Below, piece after piece: positions 53,558 through 63,160 of a DNA stretch of 64,000 bases; the first letter of the stretch is position 1; every line of letters starts with the position of its first letter. A model generated the notes under the pieces. The model had not been told where the DNA came from and made no database searches. It worked only from the letters and a program-made list of their open reading frames with translations. Both the position numbers and the translations under genes were made by a program. Origin of the DNA: an uncultured Clostridia bacterium (GTDB lineage Bacteria > Bacillota > Clostridia > Christensenellales > UBA1242); the NCBI GenBank assembly GCA_944383375.1, contig CALWPG010000005.1, forward strand, positions 24,982-88,981, in the 5' to 3' direction.

Positions 53558-56164
53558 TTACTTGCTTTTTAAGTTTATGCACAGCTTTATAAGCTCGCTT
53601 AAGAGCATGGTGACAACCATTGCAGCAAAGCACAAAAGCCAGGAAGTCAAAGGTATATTTGCAAGAGACAAAAGTATTGAGAGTGGAGTGAGTGCAAATA
53701 TGCAAACCACAGATAATCCAACCAAAATGGCTATCCAAATCCACTTGTTGTCAAACCATTTGTTTTTAAATATTGATGTGTTTTTTCGAATTGACAACAA
53801 ATACCCAAATTGTACCAAATTGAGTGCAATAAATGCCACACTGCTAGCCACAATTGGATCACCATTTGTTGTTAGGGTAATAAAGTAAAGCAAAATAACC
53901 ATAAGTGTTTGTACAAACCCCATAATGCCTATTTGATATCCTGTTCCGTTTGAAAAAATGGTACTTTTTGAACTCCTTGGAGGAATATCCATTATGTTTT
54001 TGTCCGCCTTTTCAAGACCAAGAGCAATCGCCGGCAAACTGTCGGTGATTAGATTTACAAACAAAATTTGAACTGGTGTCAAAAATACATACTGAGGGAA
54101 AAAGATAGTTGCCAAAAGTAGTGCCATGATCTCTCCAAGATTGGCAGTAAACAAAAAGGCTACTGTCTTTTTTATGTTGGCATAAATTCGTCTACCCTCT
54201 TCAACGGCTACCACTATTGTGGCGAAATTGTCATCTGTTACAATCAAATCTGCAGACTCTTTGGTGACATCTGTTCCCGTAATTCCCATTCCTACACCAA
54301 TATCTGCCTCACTAAGCGATGGTGCATCGTTGACGCCGTCTCCCGTCATCGCCACAACATTTCCTAAACTTTTAAGAGTTTTGACTATTCTCACCTTGTT
54401 TTCAGGGCTCACTCTTGCATAGACATTGATTTTGCCTATCACCTTTAGATATTCTTCATCGCTTAGACTATCCAATTTTGAACCAAGCATGACTTCGCTT
54501 TCATTTTTGCATATGCCAAGTTGTCTTGCAATGGCAAAGGCTGTATCTTTGTGATCTCCAGTGATCATTATTGGCCTCATGTGTGCGCATTTACATTTTT
54601 CGACTGCTTGCTTTGCACTTTCACGAGGTGGGTCAATCATACCCACAAGGCCAACAAAAACCAAATTCTGTTCGCTACAATCTTGTTTACCGTTGCAATC
54701 TTTTTTTGCAAATGCCAACACCCTTAGCGCCATCTGTGCCATCTTGTGATTTGCGGACATTATGCCATCTATATGATTTTTTGTGAGCTCCACTTCCTTG
54801 CCATCTATCAAGATTTTTGTACATCTTTTTATGACCTCATCAACTGCACCTTTGGTGTTTAAGACAAGCTTGTCATCTCGTTTATTCAATGTACTCATAA
54901 GTTTTCGAACACTGTCAAAAGGTATTTCATCAACCCTAATGTTTTCTTCCAGCATTTTTTTTACATCAAAATGTTTCATGACAAAACTTGTCAAGGCAGT
55001 TTCGGTTGGGTCACCCACCAGATCATGCCCTATTTGTGTATCATTGCAAAGTACCATTATTTTGATAAGACTTTCATCATGTTCATCTTTGGCATCTAAA
55101 AGTTTTTTGTTTTGATATATTTTTGTCACGGTCATCTTATTTTCGGTGAGCGTTCCCGTCTTGTCACTACAAATGATGCTTGTGCTGCCAAGTGTCTCAA
55201 CAGCGCTGAGAGTTTTTACAATGGCTTTCTTTTTGCTCAGTTTGCTGACACCTATGCTCATGATTATGGTTATCACGGCAGGCAAGCTTTCAGGAATGGC
55301 TGCCACAGCAATAGCGACAGCAGTCAAAAAAGCTTCCATTATGTCTGGGTTAGGTTTTAAGACCATCTCAAGCACAAAGGTAAGAGTTGCAACTAACAAT
55401 ACAATGACAGTGATTATCTTGCCAAGGGTTTTGATGTTCTTTTGAAGTGGAGAAAGATCTTTTTTTGCACTTGCAAGTGAAAGTGCAATTTTGCCAAGCT
55501 CTGTTTTTTCAGCCGTGGCGACTACAATGCCTTCACCTCTACCTTTGGTTACATTGCAGCCTCTAAAAGCCATATTCTTTCTGTCAGCAAGCGATGTAGA
55601 TATTGGCAATTCTTCTATATCTTTTTCAACGTCAACACTTTCACCGGTGAGCGAACTTTCATCAATTTGTAAATTGGCACACATTGCAAGTCTTAAATCT
55701 GCAGGAACGATATCTCCCGCCTGCAAAATAACCACATCGCCCACCACCAAGTCCTTTATATTGATGGTTTTGACTTCGCCGTCCCGACGCACTTTACATA
55801 ACTTTGAAGTTTGTTTTTCTAGCGCCTGCATGTCCTTTTGTGCTTTTTGTTCCTCATAAAAGCCAATTATTGCGTTTAGTAGCACAATAAACAGAATAAT
55901 GACACCATCTACAATTTCACTGTAAGATTTTTGAAAGATTGCAACAACAATTGAAACAACAGCGGCGACGAGCAAAATAATGATCATGATGTCACAAAAT
56001 TGTGATAAAAACATCAAAAATTTGCTTTTTTCACGCTTTTTTGGCAAAATGTTCTCGCCGTTTTGTTTTAACAGGTCTTCTGCAACCGATTGTTTTAAAC
56101 CATCTTTTGATGTATGTAACTGTTCACATGTATCATGAACAGTCTTGTGGTAAAAATTTTCCAT
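53558..56164 (-). CDS. P-type ATPase, Ca2+-transporting (type IIA-like)
   Basis: TGES, phosphorylation site CSDKTGTLTENKM, TGDHKDTA and MTGDGVNDAPSL. 10-TM architecture, 868 aa. Confidence 0.9.
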   Translation of the reverse strand: MENFYHKTVHDTCEQLHTSKDGLKQSVAEDLLKQNGENILPKKREKSKFLMFLSQFCDIMIIILLVAAVVSIVVAIFQKSYSEIVDGVIILFIVLLNAIIGFYEEQKAQKDMQALEKQTSKLCKVRRDGEVKTINIKDLVVGDVVILQAGDIVPADLRLAMCANLQIDESSLTGESVDVEKDIEELPISTSLADRKNMAFRGCNVTKGRGEGIVVATAEKTELGKIALSLASAKKDLSPLQKNIKTLGKIITVIVLLVATLTFVLEMVLKPNPDIMEAFLTAVAIAVAAIPESLPAVITIIMSIGVSKLSKKKAIVKTLSAVETLGSTSIICSDKTGTLTENKMTVTKIYQNKKLLDAKDEHDESLIKIMVLCNDTQIGHDLVGDPTETALTSFVMKHFDVKKMLEENIRVDEIPFDSVRKLMSTLNKRDDKLVLNTKGAVDEVIKRCTKILIDGKEVELTKNHIDGIMSANHKMAQMALRVLAFAKKDCNGKQDCSEQNLVFVGLVGMIDPPRESAKQAVEKCKCAHMRPIMITGDHKDTAFAIARQLGICKNESEVMLGSKLDSLSDEEYLKVIGKINVYARVSPENKVRIVKTLKSLGNVVAMTGDGVNDAPSLSEADIGVGMGITGTDVTKESADLIVTDDNFATIVVAVEEGRRIYANIKKTVAFLFTANLGEIMALLLATIFFPQYVFLTPVQILFVNLITDSLPAIALGLEKADKNIMDIPPRSSKSTIFSNGTGYQIGIMGFVQTLMVILLYFITLTTNGDPIVASSVAFIALNLVQFGYLLSIRKNTSIFKNKWFDNKWIWIAILVGLSVVCIFALTPLSILLSLANIPLTSWLLCFAAMVVTMLLSELIKLCINLKSK

Positions 56165-56195
56165 ATTTTTATGATATTATTTTTTAAAGAAATTA

Positions 56196-56966
56196 TCAAA
56201 TAAAACACACCAATATTGCTAATATTGCAAGATAAATTGAAAAAATATAATATCTTTTTGTTTTTGCAAACTTTTTCATAAGTTTGATGGCAAGTATACC
56301 AAAAATGAATGCCAGCAAAAATGCTATTATCATATTCACAACAGAGCCTGAATACAAAACCACGCTTTGTTGTGTACATTGGTAGATCTCATAAATCAGT
56401 GACAATAAAATAATTGGAATACTGAGCATAAAAGAATACTCTGTGGCACTTTCACTATCAAGTCCCAGCATTACTCCAGCAAAAATTGTTGAACCGCTCC
56501 TGCTTATTCCTGGAAGCACTGCCACCCCTTGCATAAGCCCTATGGCACTTGCCTTTGGATATGTTAAACTAAGGTAAGCGAGTTTTTTGTTTTGTGTTTT
56601 GAAATATAAAATCACGAGGAAAATAGCAGTGGTCATAAAACATACTGGAAGCAGTGCGCCTTGAAAACTTTGTTCAAAAAAACTTTTGAATGCCAAAAAT
56701 ACCACACCTGTGAAAAAAGTTGAAACAATTATACAATAATTATATTTTTGAAAGGGGTGGCGAATTAAATTAAAAAGTTGTTTGCGATATAGAATCACCA
56801 CAGAAAACAATGTTGCCACATGCAAAAGTATGGATACAAAAATAAAATTACCTGTCTCAACATTAAACAATTTGTCGAGCAAAACCAAATGTCCACTTGA
56901 CGACACAGGCAAGAATTCTGTCAGCCCTTGCACAATGCCAAGTAAAATAAAATACACTAGTTCCAT
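56196..56966 (-). CDS. uppP: Undecaprenyl-diphosphate phosphatase
   Basis: LGIVQGLTEFLPVSSSGHL and PGISRSGSTI motifs. 8 TM segments. Confidence 0.9.
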   Translation of the reverse strand: MELVYFILLGIVQGLTEFLPVSSSGHLVLLDKLFNVETGNFIFVSILLHVATLFSVVILYRKQLFNLIRHPFQKYNYCIIVSTFFTGVVFLAFKSFFEQSFQGALLPVCFMTTAIFLVILYFKTQNKKLAYLSLTYPKASAIGLMQGVAVLPGISRSGSTIFAGVMLGLDSESATEYSFMLSIPIILLSLIYEIYQCTQQSVVLYSGSVVNMIIAFLLAFIFGILAIKLMKKFAKTKRYYIFSIYLAILAILVCFI

Positions 56967-56998
56967 ATGCCTAGTGTATGTTTTTTTTCTGCCTTTTA

Positions 56999-57463
56999 TT
57001 ACGCTTCAATATTTACAATGGTTACAAAATAACTAAAATCTGTATTGACCTTGACCAAGGCTCTATCTCCAACTTTTTTGCCCAATATAGCCTTTGCAAA
57101 AGGCGACTTTTGGCTGATTTTCCCATTTTGTGCATCTTGAGAAATTGTGGTGGTTATTTGATATCTCATCTCTCGCCCGTCATCCAGTTTAACTGTAACA
57201 ATGTTGCCAAGCCTCACCTTGTCTACCATTGTTGTATGTTCCACAATCTTTGCAGTCTTTATCATGTTTTCAAGATATCTTATCCTAGATTCATTTCTAC
57301 CCTTCGCCCTTTTTGTTTCATGAAGTTCAGAATTTTCACTAAAATCTCCAAACTCTTTGGCTGCCATTATCTTTTCATGAAGATCTGCTCTTACAACAGT
57401 TTTTCTGTAGTCAATTTCTTTTTGCATCTCTTCTATATCTTTTTTTGTAAGTTCATCAAACAT
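56999..57463 (-). CDS. greA: Transcription elongation factor GreA
   Basis: N-terminal coiled coil containing GDFSENSELH (the acidic tip DxxEN). C-terminal FKBP-like domain (ISQKSPFAKAILGKKVGD). Confidence 0.9.
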   Translation of the reverse strand: MFDELTKKDIEEMQKEIDYRKTVVRADLHEKIMAAKEFGDFSENSELHETKRAKGRNESRIRYLENMIKTAKIVEHTTMVDKVRLGNIVTVKLDDGREMRYQITTTISQDAQNGKISQKSPFAKAILGKKVGDRALVKVNTDFSYFVTIVNIEA

Positions 57464-57470
57464 CTTTTAC

Positions 57471-58334
57471 CTACTTTAAATATTTTTCCAAATACTTGCC
57501 ATAATCTGTCTTTTTGAGTTTCTCATAATTTTTTCGCAGTTGCTCTTTTGAAATTAGCCCACAAAGATAACCAATTTCATCAAGGTGTCCTATCTGCTTT
57601 TGGGTCTTTTTTATCTTTTTGTGAACATATTCACTTGCCCTAAAAAGTCCCTCACTCGTGCCTGCATCAAGCCAATAGTTTTGTTTTTTTAACTTGACCA
57701 GTTTAAGTTCGCCCATTTTAAGATACATATTGTTTACGTCGGTGGTTTCATATTCTCCGCGAATGGACAGTGGACAATTTTGTGCCATTTCGCATATTTT
57801 CTCGTCATACACATACAGCCCTGTTATAGCCATATTACTTGGTGGATTTTGGGGCTTTTCAATAAGTTGGGTGACGTTTCCAAACTCATCAAATTTGGCA
57901 ACTCCAAAAGCGCTTGGATTTTTGACTGGATAACCAAAAACATATGCACCTTTGGGATTGTTTATTGCCTTTTTAAATTCTTCATCAAACTGCTCACCGT
58001 CAAAGAAGTTGTCTCCTAGCACAAAGCACACACTCTTATTCTTGACAAAATCGCTGGCCACATTGAACGATGCAATGGTGCCTTTTGGGTTTTTGTCCAA
58101 AAAATATTTTAGTGTTATACCAAAGTCACTGCCGTCACCAAGTTGTTTTTGATAAAGCTCGAAGTTGTCTTCATTTGTTATAATTCCAATTTCAGTTATA
58201 CCTGCTTTGACCAGCATAGAAATCGGATAGTAAATCATGGGTTTGTCATAAAGCGGAAGCAGTTGTTTTGAAAGCACTTTGGTGCAAGGAAAAAGTCTTG
58301 TACTTTTCCCTGCGCAGGCAATTAAACCGACCAT
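57471..58334 (-). CDS. rfbA: Glucose-1-phosphate thymidylyltransferase-like sugar nucleotidyltransferase
   Basis: SKQLLPLYDKPMIYYPISMLVKAGI is a near-canonical RmlA sequence. The N-terminal loop reads ACAGKSTRLFP instead of AGGSGTRLxP. 287 aa. Confidence 0.8.
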   Translation of the reverse strand: MVGLIACAGKSTRLFPCTKVLSKQLLPLYDKPMIYYPISMLVKAGITEIGIITNEDNFELYQKQLGDGSDFGITLKYFLDKNPKGTIASFNVASDFVKNKSVCFVLGDNFFDGEQFDEEFKKAINNPKGAYVFGYPVKNPSAFGVAKFDEFGNVTQLIEKPQNPPSNMAITGLYVYDEKICEMAQNCPLSIRGEYETTDVNNMYLKMGELKLVKLKKQNYWLDAGTSEGLFRASEYVHKKIKKTQKQIGHLDEIGYLCGLISKEQLRKNYEKLKKTDYGKYLEKYLK

Positions 58335-58337
58335 ATA

Positions 58338-60068
58338 TTAACCTCTTTTATTGATCTCGTCCAAAATTTCCTTTGTGAATTCATCCAAACTATAAGATTT
58401 TGTCTCGCTTTGACCACGACGACGAACTGAGATAGTTGAACTTTCAACTTCGTTCTCGCCAATTATTATAACATATGGTATTTTTTGAGAAATAGCACTT
58501 CTAAGTTTGTAGCCAAGTTTTTCATTTCGCTCATCTACTTCAGTGCGAATGCCGTTACTTTTCAGGCTGTTTTCAATTTCCTTGCACCTATCCAAAAACT
58601 TTTCACTGATTGGCACAATCATCACCTGCAAAGGACTTAGCCATGTAGGAAATGCGCCGGCATAGTTTTCCGTGATGATTCCTATGAACCTATCTATTGA
58701 ACCATAAACCACCCTGTGGAGCATCAAAGGCTCTTTCTTTGTTCCATCCTCATCGACATACTCAATGCCAAAACGTTTTGGAAGTTGCATATCAAGCTGA
58801 ATTGTTCCACACTGCCAAGTTCTACCAATGGCATCTTTGATGTGAATGTCTATCTTTGGTCCATAAAATGCGCCGTCACCTTCGTTGATGACATACTCTT
58901 TTCCTATGTGTGTCAAGGCATTTTTTAGCCCCTCTTCAGCCTCTTGCCAATCTTTTATGTCACCTATGTGACTTTCAGGCATTGTGGAAAGTTCAAGGTG
59001 GTAACTAAGGTTAAAGGTTTTGTACATCTCATCAACAATGGAAAGGATGTTCTTTACTTCACTTTCGAGCTGTTCTTTTTTCAAAAATATGTGAGCATCG
59101 TCTTGGGTGAAACATCTCACTCTAAACAAGCCATGAAGTGTACCACTCGCCTCTTGTCTGTGCACTTTTCCAAGTTCTGCAACACGAAGTGGTAGCTCCT
59201 TATAGGAGTGCAAATTTTCCTTGTAATATAACATTCCACCTGGGCAATTCATCGGTTTGATTGCGAAGTCATCTTCTTCAACTTTGAAGGTGTACATGTT
59301 ATTTTTGTAGTGATCCCAGTGTCCAGAAACTTCCCAAAGTCGCCTGTTCATTGCCATTGGTGTTTCTATCTCAAGATATCCCGCTCTTTGATGCACCTCT
59401 CTCCAATATTTAATCAATTCGTTTTTGAGTGTAACACCTTTTGGCATGTAAAATGGCATTCCAGGTGCATAGTCAGAGATAAAAAACAGTCCAAGTTCTT
59501 TTCCAAGTTTTCTATGATCTCGCCTTTGAGCTTCTTCAAGCATTTTAAGATATTCTTTTAACTCTGCTTTATCCAAAAATCCATAGACATAAACTCTTTG
59601 CATCATCTTGTTCTTTTCACTGCCACGCCAATAAGCTCCCGACACTCTGTTTATTTTGAATGCGAAGCTTCTGAGCATCTTTGTGTTTTCAACATGAGGA
59701 CCTTTGCAAAGATCACAAAAAACATCTCCAAGAGAGTATGTGGATATCTCACTTCCCTGAGGTAAATCGTTTATAAGCTCAACTTTGTATGGCTGATCTT
59801 TGAATTTTTCAAGTGCCTCTTCTTTTGTCAGCACAGCTTTTGTCATGTCCAAATTTTGTGAAATAATTTCCCGCATTTTTTGCTCAATTTTTTCAAAATC
59901 CTCTTCGGTTATGACATGGTCCATGTCGAAATCATAGTAAAAACCATTGTCTATGGCTGGGCCTATTCCAAACTTGACATCTTTGAAAATGCTTTTAACA
60001 GCTCCGGCAAGTACGTGCGCCATGGTGTGCCTTGCTTTTAATAATAAATCTCGTTGTTCTTTTTCCAT
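58338..60068 (-). CDS. thrS: Threonine--tRNA ligase lacking the N-terminal TGS domain
   Basis: Start at the ATG behind AAAGGAGAATTT (M46 of the ORF). Editing-domain motif RHTMAHVLAGAV, class II motifs (HRQEASGTLHGLFRVRCFTQDDAHIF), anticodon-binding domain. 576 aa. Confidence 0.9.
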   Translation of the reverse strand: MEKEQRDLLLKARHTMAHVLAGAVKSIFKDVKFGIGPAIDNGFYYDFDMDHVITEEDFEKIEQKMREIISQNLDMTKAVLTKEEALEKFKDQPYKVELINDLPQGSEISTYSLGDVFCDLCKGPHVENTKMLRSFAFKINRVSGAYWRGSEKNKMMQRVYVYGFLDKAELKEYLKMLEEAQRRDHRKLGKELGLFFISDYAPGMPFYMPKGVTLKNELIKYWREVHQRAGYLEIETPMAMNRRLWEVSGHWDHYKNNMYTFKVEEDDFAIKPMNCPGGMLYYKENLHSYKELPLRVAELGKVHRQEASGTLHGLFRVRCFTQDDAHIFLKKEQLESEVKNILSIVDEMYKTFNLSYHLELSTMPESHIGDIKDWQEAEEGLKNALTHIGKEYVINEGDGAFYGPKIDIHIKDAIGRTWQCGTIQLDMQLPKRFGIEYVDEDGTKKEPLMLHRVVYGSIDRFIGIITENYAGAFPTWLSPLQVMIVPISEKFLDRCKEIENSLKSNGIRTEVDERNEKLGYKLRSAISQKIPYVIIIGENEVESSTISVRRRGQSETKSYSLDEFTKEILDEINKRG

Positions 60069-60306
60069 AAATTCTCCTTTCAAAACAAAAAAGTCCTTAA
60101 AGCTAAACTCTAAGGACGCAAAATGTTTCACGTGGTTCCACCTTAGTTGCAAACATAAGTTTGCCACTTGATTTGTGAACTTGGTGTCACTGACCTTATC
60201 CAAAAAAGTGGTATAACCAAAGCATACTTAGGCAAATTCCAGCCACGTTTGCCACTCTCTTTAAGCATTGGCATTTGATCACATGTCTTTTCTATAGATA
60301 AATTAC
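60069..60306 (-). promoter_or_regulatory. T-box leader (Thr) of thrS with terminator/antiterminator
   Basis: Minus strand: AGAGAG GA-type element; candidate specifier ACC-A at c(60183..60185); T-box sequence AACTAAGGTGGAACCACGTG at about c(60128..60147); terminator GTCCTTA-n11-TAAGGAC plus TTTTTT at c(60087..60117). Promoter TTGACA-16-TAAAAT at c(60313..60340). Confidence 0.8.
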
Positions 60307-60373
60307 ACCTATATTTTAGTCAAAATGTAAATTTTGTCAAACTTTTTTTTAAATTCTTTTGAGATTTCTCTTT

Positions 60374-60937
60374 TTACCGCTGCTCTTCATTCGCATCATC
60401 ATTTTCAATTATTATTTCTGGCTCGGTTTTGTCATCGTTTGTATTTGTTCCCGACCATTTATTGAAGTATCCAAGCCTGTCAAAGTAGAAGAACAAGATA
60501 AATCCAATAAGGAGTAAGCCAACCACAACAAATATGCCAGCACCAAAGACGATGCTATAGATGTCATTTGCAAGTATCGTGAACCATAGCAAAAACAATT
60601 CCACAATACCTACAATCAAAATCAAAAACATTGAAAGTTTAAGCAAAATGTATGGTGTCACCTTTCTAAAAGTTACATCAAATTTGATCAAGTTTGCTTC
60701 ATCTAGAATTTTCAAAATGCTAATGTTTGCAATAAATAACAATAGAATAAAAAGCAAAACGTGAAATATGCAAGCCAAGACGTGCCAAGCGCCCAGACCT
60801 GAGATTGTAACCAAAACAAAACCATTTATCCCTAGTACTCCCGGTACAACCAAGAGGTTTATGAACATGCAAAGTATGCATATCACGGAAAGTGCCAACC
60901 CTAAAATGTATGGCGCAGTTCTTTTAATGAAATTCAT
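60374..60937 (-). CDS. Polytopic membrane protein, unknown function
   Basis: 187 aa, about 5 TM segments, acidic C-terminal tail. ATG 7 nt after GGAG. Confidence 0.6.
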   Translation of the reverse strand: MNFIKRTAPYILGLALSVICILCMFINLLVVPGVLGINGFVLVTISGLGAWHVLACIFHVLLFILLLFIANISILKILDEANLIKFDVTFRKVTPYILLKLSMFLILIVGIVELFLLWFTILANDIYSIVFGAGIFVVVGLLLIGFILFFYFDRLGYFNKWSGTNTNDDKTEPEIIIENDDANEEQR

Positions 60938-61049
60938 AATCAATCTCCAATTAAATTATACACCCAAATAAAAATGTATTCAATCAAATATAACATTTTT
61001 TTTGATTCGCTTTTTATATATGTGTTTGCACAATTTTATGTTCTAGTTC

Positions 61050-61078
61050 TTGACAAAATATAATGTTTTTGTTATTCT
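61050..61078 (+). promoter_or_regulatory. Candidate promoter of tRNA-Glu
   Basis: TTGACA (61050-55), 17 nt, TATTCT (61073-78), 10 nt before the tRNA 5' end. Confidence 0.45.
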
Positions 61079-61088
61079 AAACATGCAT

Positions 61089-61163
61089 GGCCTTATGGTC
61101 AAGGGGTTAAGACGCCACCCTCTCAAGGTGGAATCACGAGTTCGAATCTCGTTAAGGCTACCA
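61089..61163 (+). tRNA. tRNA-Glu (anticodon CUC), CCA encoded
   Basis: Folded by hand. Acceptor stem GGCCTTA/TAAGGCT, D arm GGTCAAGGGGTTAAGAC, anticodon stem CCACC/GGTGG with loop CTCTCAA, T arm ACGAG-TTCGAAT-CTCGT, discriminator A plus CCA. Close in sequence to Bacillus tRNA-Glu. Confidence 0.9.
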
Positions 61164-61194
61164 AAAACCGCAACAAACTATTGCGGTTTTTTTT
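61164..61194. terminator. Bidirectional rho-independent terminator
   Basis: AACCGCAA-caaacta-TTGCGGTT followed by TTTTTT, with an A-run on the other side. Lies between the tRNA and the convergent lipoprotein gene. Confidence 0.75.
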
Positions 61195-61201
61195 AATCTC
61201 T

Positions 61202-62122
61202 TTAAACGGTTTCTGAAAAACCATTTGAATAACTAAATACATAGCCCACGTCAGTAACTGTTATTGTAAATGTCACCACTGTTTGTTGATTTAATGAGTT
61301 TTTAAGTTTGACATTATAAACATTTTCTGACTGCTGTGTTATTTCGTATTCAAGTTCACCTTGATGTGACTCAAATTCAAGTTCCAAACTTTTATTATTT
61401 CTTTTATTTTCAAATTCAACTTGTGTTTCGCTAACTTTGTTGCCATTTTGATATATGCTATATTTATATTCAATCTCTGCATTTTCTTTTTCATGCTCGA
61501 TTAAAACATATTGATTTGGGTCGTTTTGGTCATAGGTTTTAAATTCAAGTTCAACTTCGGTTTTATTTCCCTCTTTTTCATACTCTCGCTTGCCTTCCAC
61601 TTGATAGGTATTTTCGCCGTCAACCAACACGCCTTCAAGTGTTGTATTGATTTCTTGTTCTATTTCATCATCGTCAATTTCTTCTTTAGTGGTGGTGTCA
61701 ATTTCTTTATAGTACATAACCAAATCTTTTTGACCTTCTAAAGTAGGAATTGTAAAAGTCATCTTTAAGTTGTATATGTTATAATATTCGTCAGTTGAAT
61801 CAACTTCTGAATTGGCGAAATATTGCTCAGTGCTATTTTCTAGCATACCCTGAAACATTGCCATATATGATGCCAAATCTTGCACATCCTTATCTGAAAC
61901 TGAGTCAGGTCGTGTTTCCACTGCCAATGTTTGACTAAGTGTATTTGATAAGTTTCCTGCATCTTGCATTTGCAAATAGTTTACACTGGACAATGCCGCC
62001 ATTGCATAAAAGTCTTGAGCATTGGTTGTTGCTGGGTTATCTCCACAAGCAGAGAGTGTAACGGTACTTCCCGCTAAAAACATAAACGAAAAACTAAGTA
62101 GTAATGCTTTTTTGAATTTCAT
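61202..62122 (-). CDS. Lipoprotein, unknown function (E/T/Y-rich, beta-like)
   Basis: Start set to MKFKKALLLSFSFMFLAGSTVTLSAC-GDN (lipobox LSAC). Confidence 0.75.
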   Translation of the reverse strand: MKFKKALLLSFSFMFLAGSTVTLSACGDNPATTNAQDFYAMAALSSVNYLQMQDAGNLSNTLSQTLAVETRPDSVSDKDVQDLASYMAMFQGMLENSTEQYFANSEVDSTDEYYNIYNLKMTFTIPTLEGQKDLVMYYKEIDTTTKEEIDDDEIEQEINTTLEGVLVDGENTYQVEGKREYEKEGNKTEVELEFKTYDQNDPNQYVLIEHEKENAEIEYKYSIYQNGNKVSETQVEFENKRNNKSLELEFESHQGELEYEITQQSENVYNVKLKNSLNQQTVVTFTITVTDVGYVFSYSNGFSETV

Positions 62123-62205
62123 ATCTACCTCCAAAAAAATCGTAACATATGAATAATTTCAGCGTCAAAACAATATTATGGTTTTTTATGACATATAAGG
62201 TTGTT

Positions 62206-63020
62206 TTATAATGAAATATCAAAATCTTCTTGTGTATAGCCTTCCAAACTAGTGGTTGGCAAATTTAAATTTACATTGCCATAATCATATTCAAAAAACA
62301 TATTGGTTTCTGTTTCAAGTTCATTAGCAACGTATTCTTTAATATTGATTGTGTACTCTTGTATTTTATTGTCGCGAATTTTATATTGTTTTGTAGTAAC
62401 AGTTTTTTCTTCATCTGCATCTGGAGATGACTGCTCTATTTGTGTAAATACAAAAGTCAAATCATAAGAACCATCACCGCTTTTTGTAAGTTCCATAGTT
62501 ATGTCTTCAAGTGCAAGTTCCTCTTCTGTTGGTGCAGAAACAACGGTTAATGTGGTTTGATAACTTATATACTCTTCAAAATTTGGCTCAAAAATCTGAT
62601 ATGCTTTTTCTTTATCATTTAGCCTATATGTAACATCGCCAATTTTACCTACATAAAATTCTGTGCTGGAATTTGTTACTAATTCACCTTTTACTGCACC
62701 CTCCGTACTTAAAGTGCCTTGAAGTTTTGTTGTTTGATATGCAACATTTGTGTCTACGTCAACACGCATTGTGCTGTCTTGAGTTGTAACTACCCGAGAA
62801 CCATCTTGATTGATTTCTTCTCTGTAAGTCATCTTTATTTCATAATCTCCAACAGTTTCAACAACTTCTACGCTAAGCGCATTGTTTATTGCATCAAGTG
62901 CCTCTGCCTTTCAATTGGCTCACCCCCACAAGCAGTTAAAAATAAAGCAAATACAAACACTAGTGCCACAAGTAAAGTCGAATACACGCGGTTAATTTTT
63001 TTTGTTTTTTTCATTTCCAT
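62206..63020 (-). pseudogene. Lipoprotein gene interrupted by an apparent -1 frameshift
   Basis: GGAGGG-6 nt-ATG at 63020 opens MEMKKTKKINRVYSTLLVALVFVFALFLTAC-GGEPIERQRHLMQ*, with a stop at 62886. The long ORF 62206..62832 stays open upstream in another frame back to about 62912 (KAEALDAINNALSVEVVETVGDYEIKMTY...). The two frames overlap around 62905-62925. Confidence 0.6.
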
Positions 63021-63123
63021 AATTTTCCCTCCTTGAATTTAGAATAACAAAAAAATACAACTTAGTAAAGTTTTAAACAGGATTTTCTTTAGATTGGGTA
63101 GTCGTGTATTTATATAAGAAGAT

Positions 63124-63149
63124 GAAAAAAAGGAACACAGTGTGTTCCT
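63124..63149 (-). terminator. Rho-independent terminator downstream of repeat cluster 4
   Basis: Minus strand: AGGAACAC-ct-GTGTTCCT followed by TTTTTTT. Confidence 0.7.
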
Positions 63150-63160
63150 TAAATGAGTTA

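Noticed and set aside
60069-60203. N-terminal 45 codons of the 621-aa thrS ORF
   Set aside because: This stretch contains the T-box core and the terminator hairpin. The ATG at 60068 has a strong AAAGGAGAA RBS, while the upstream start has none.
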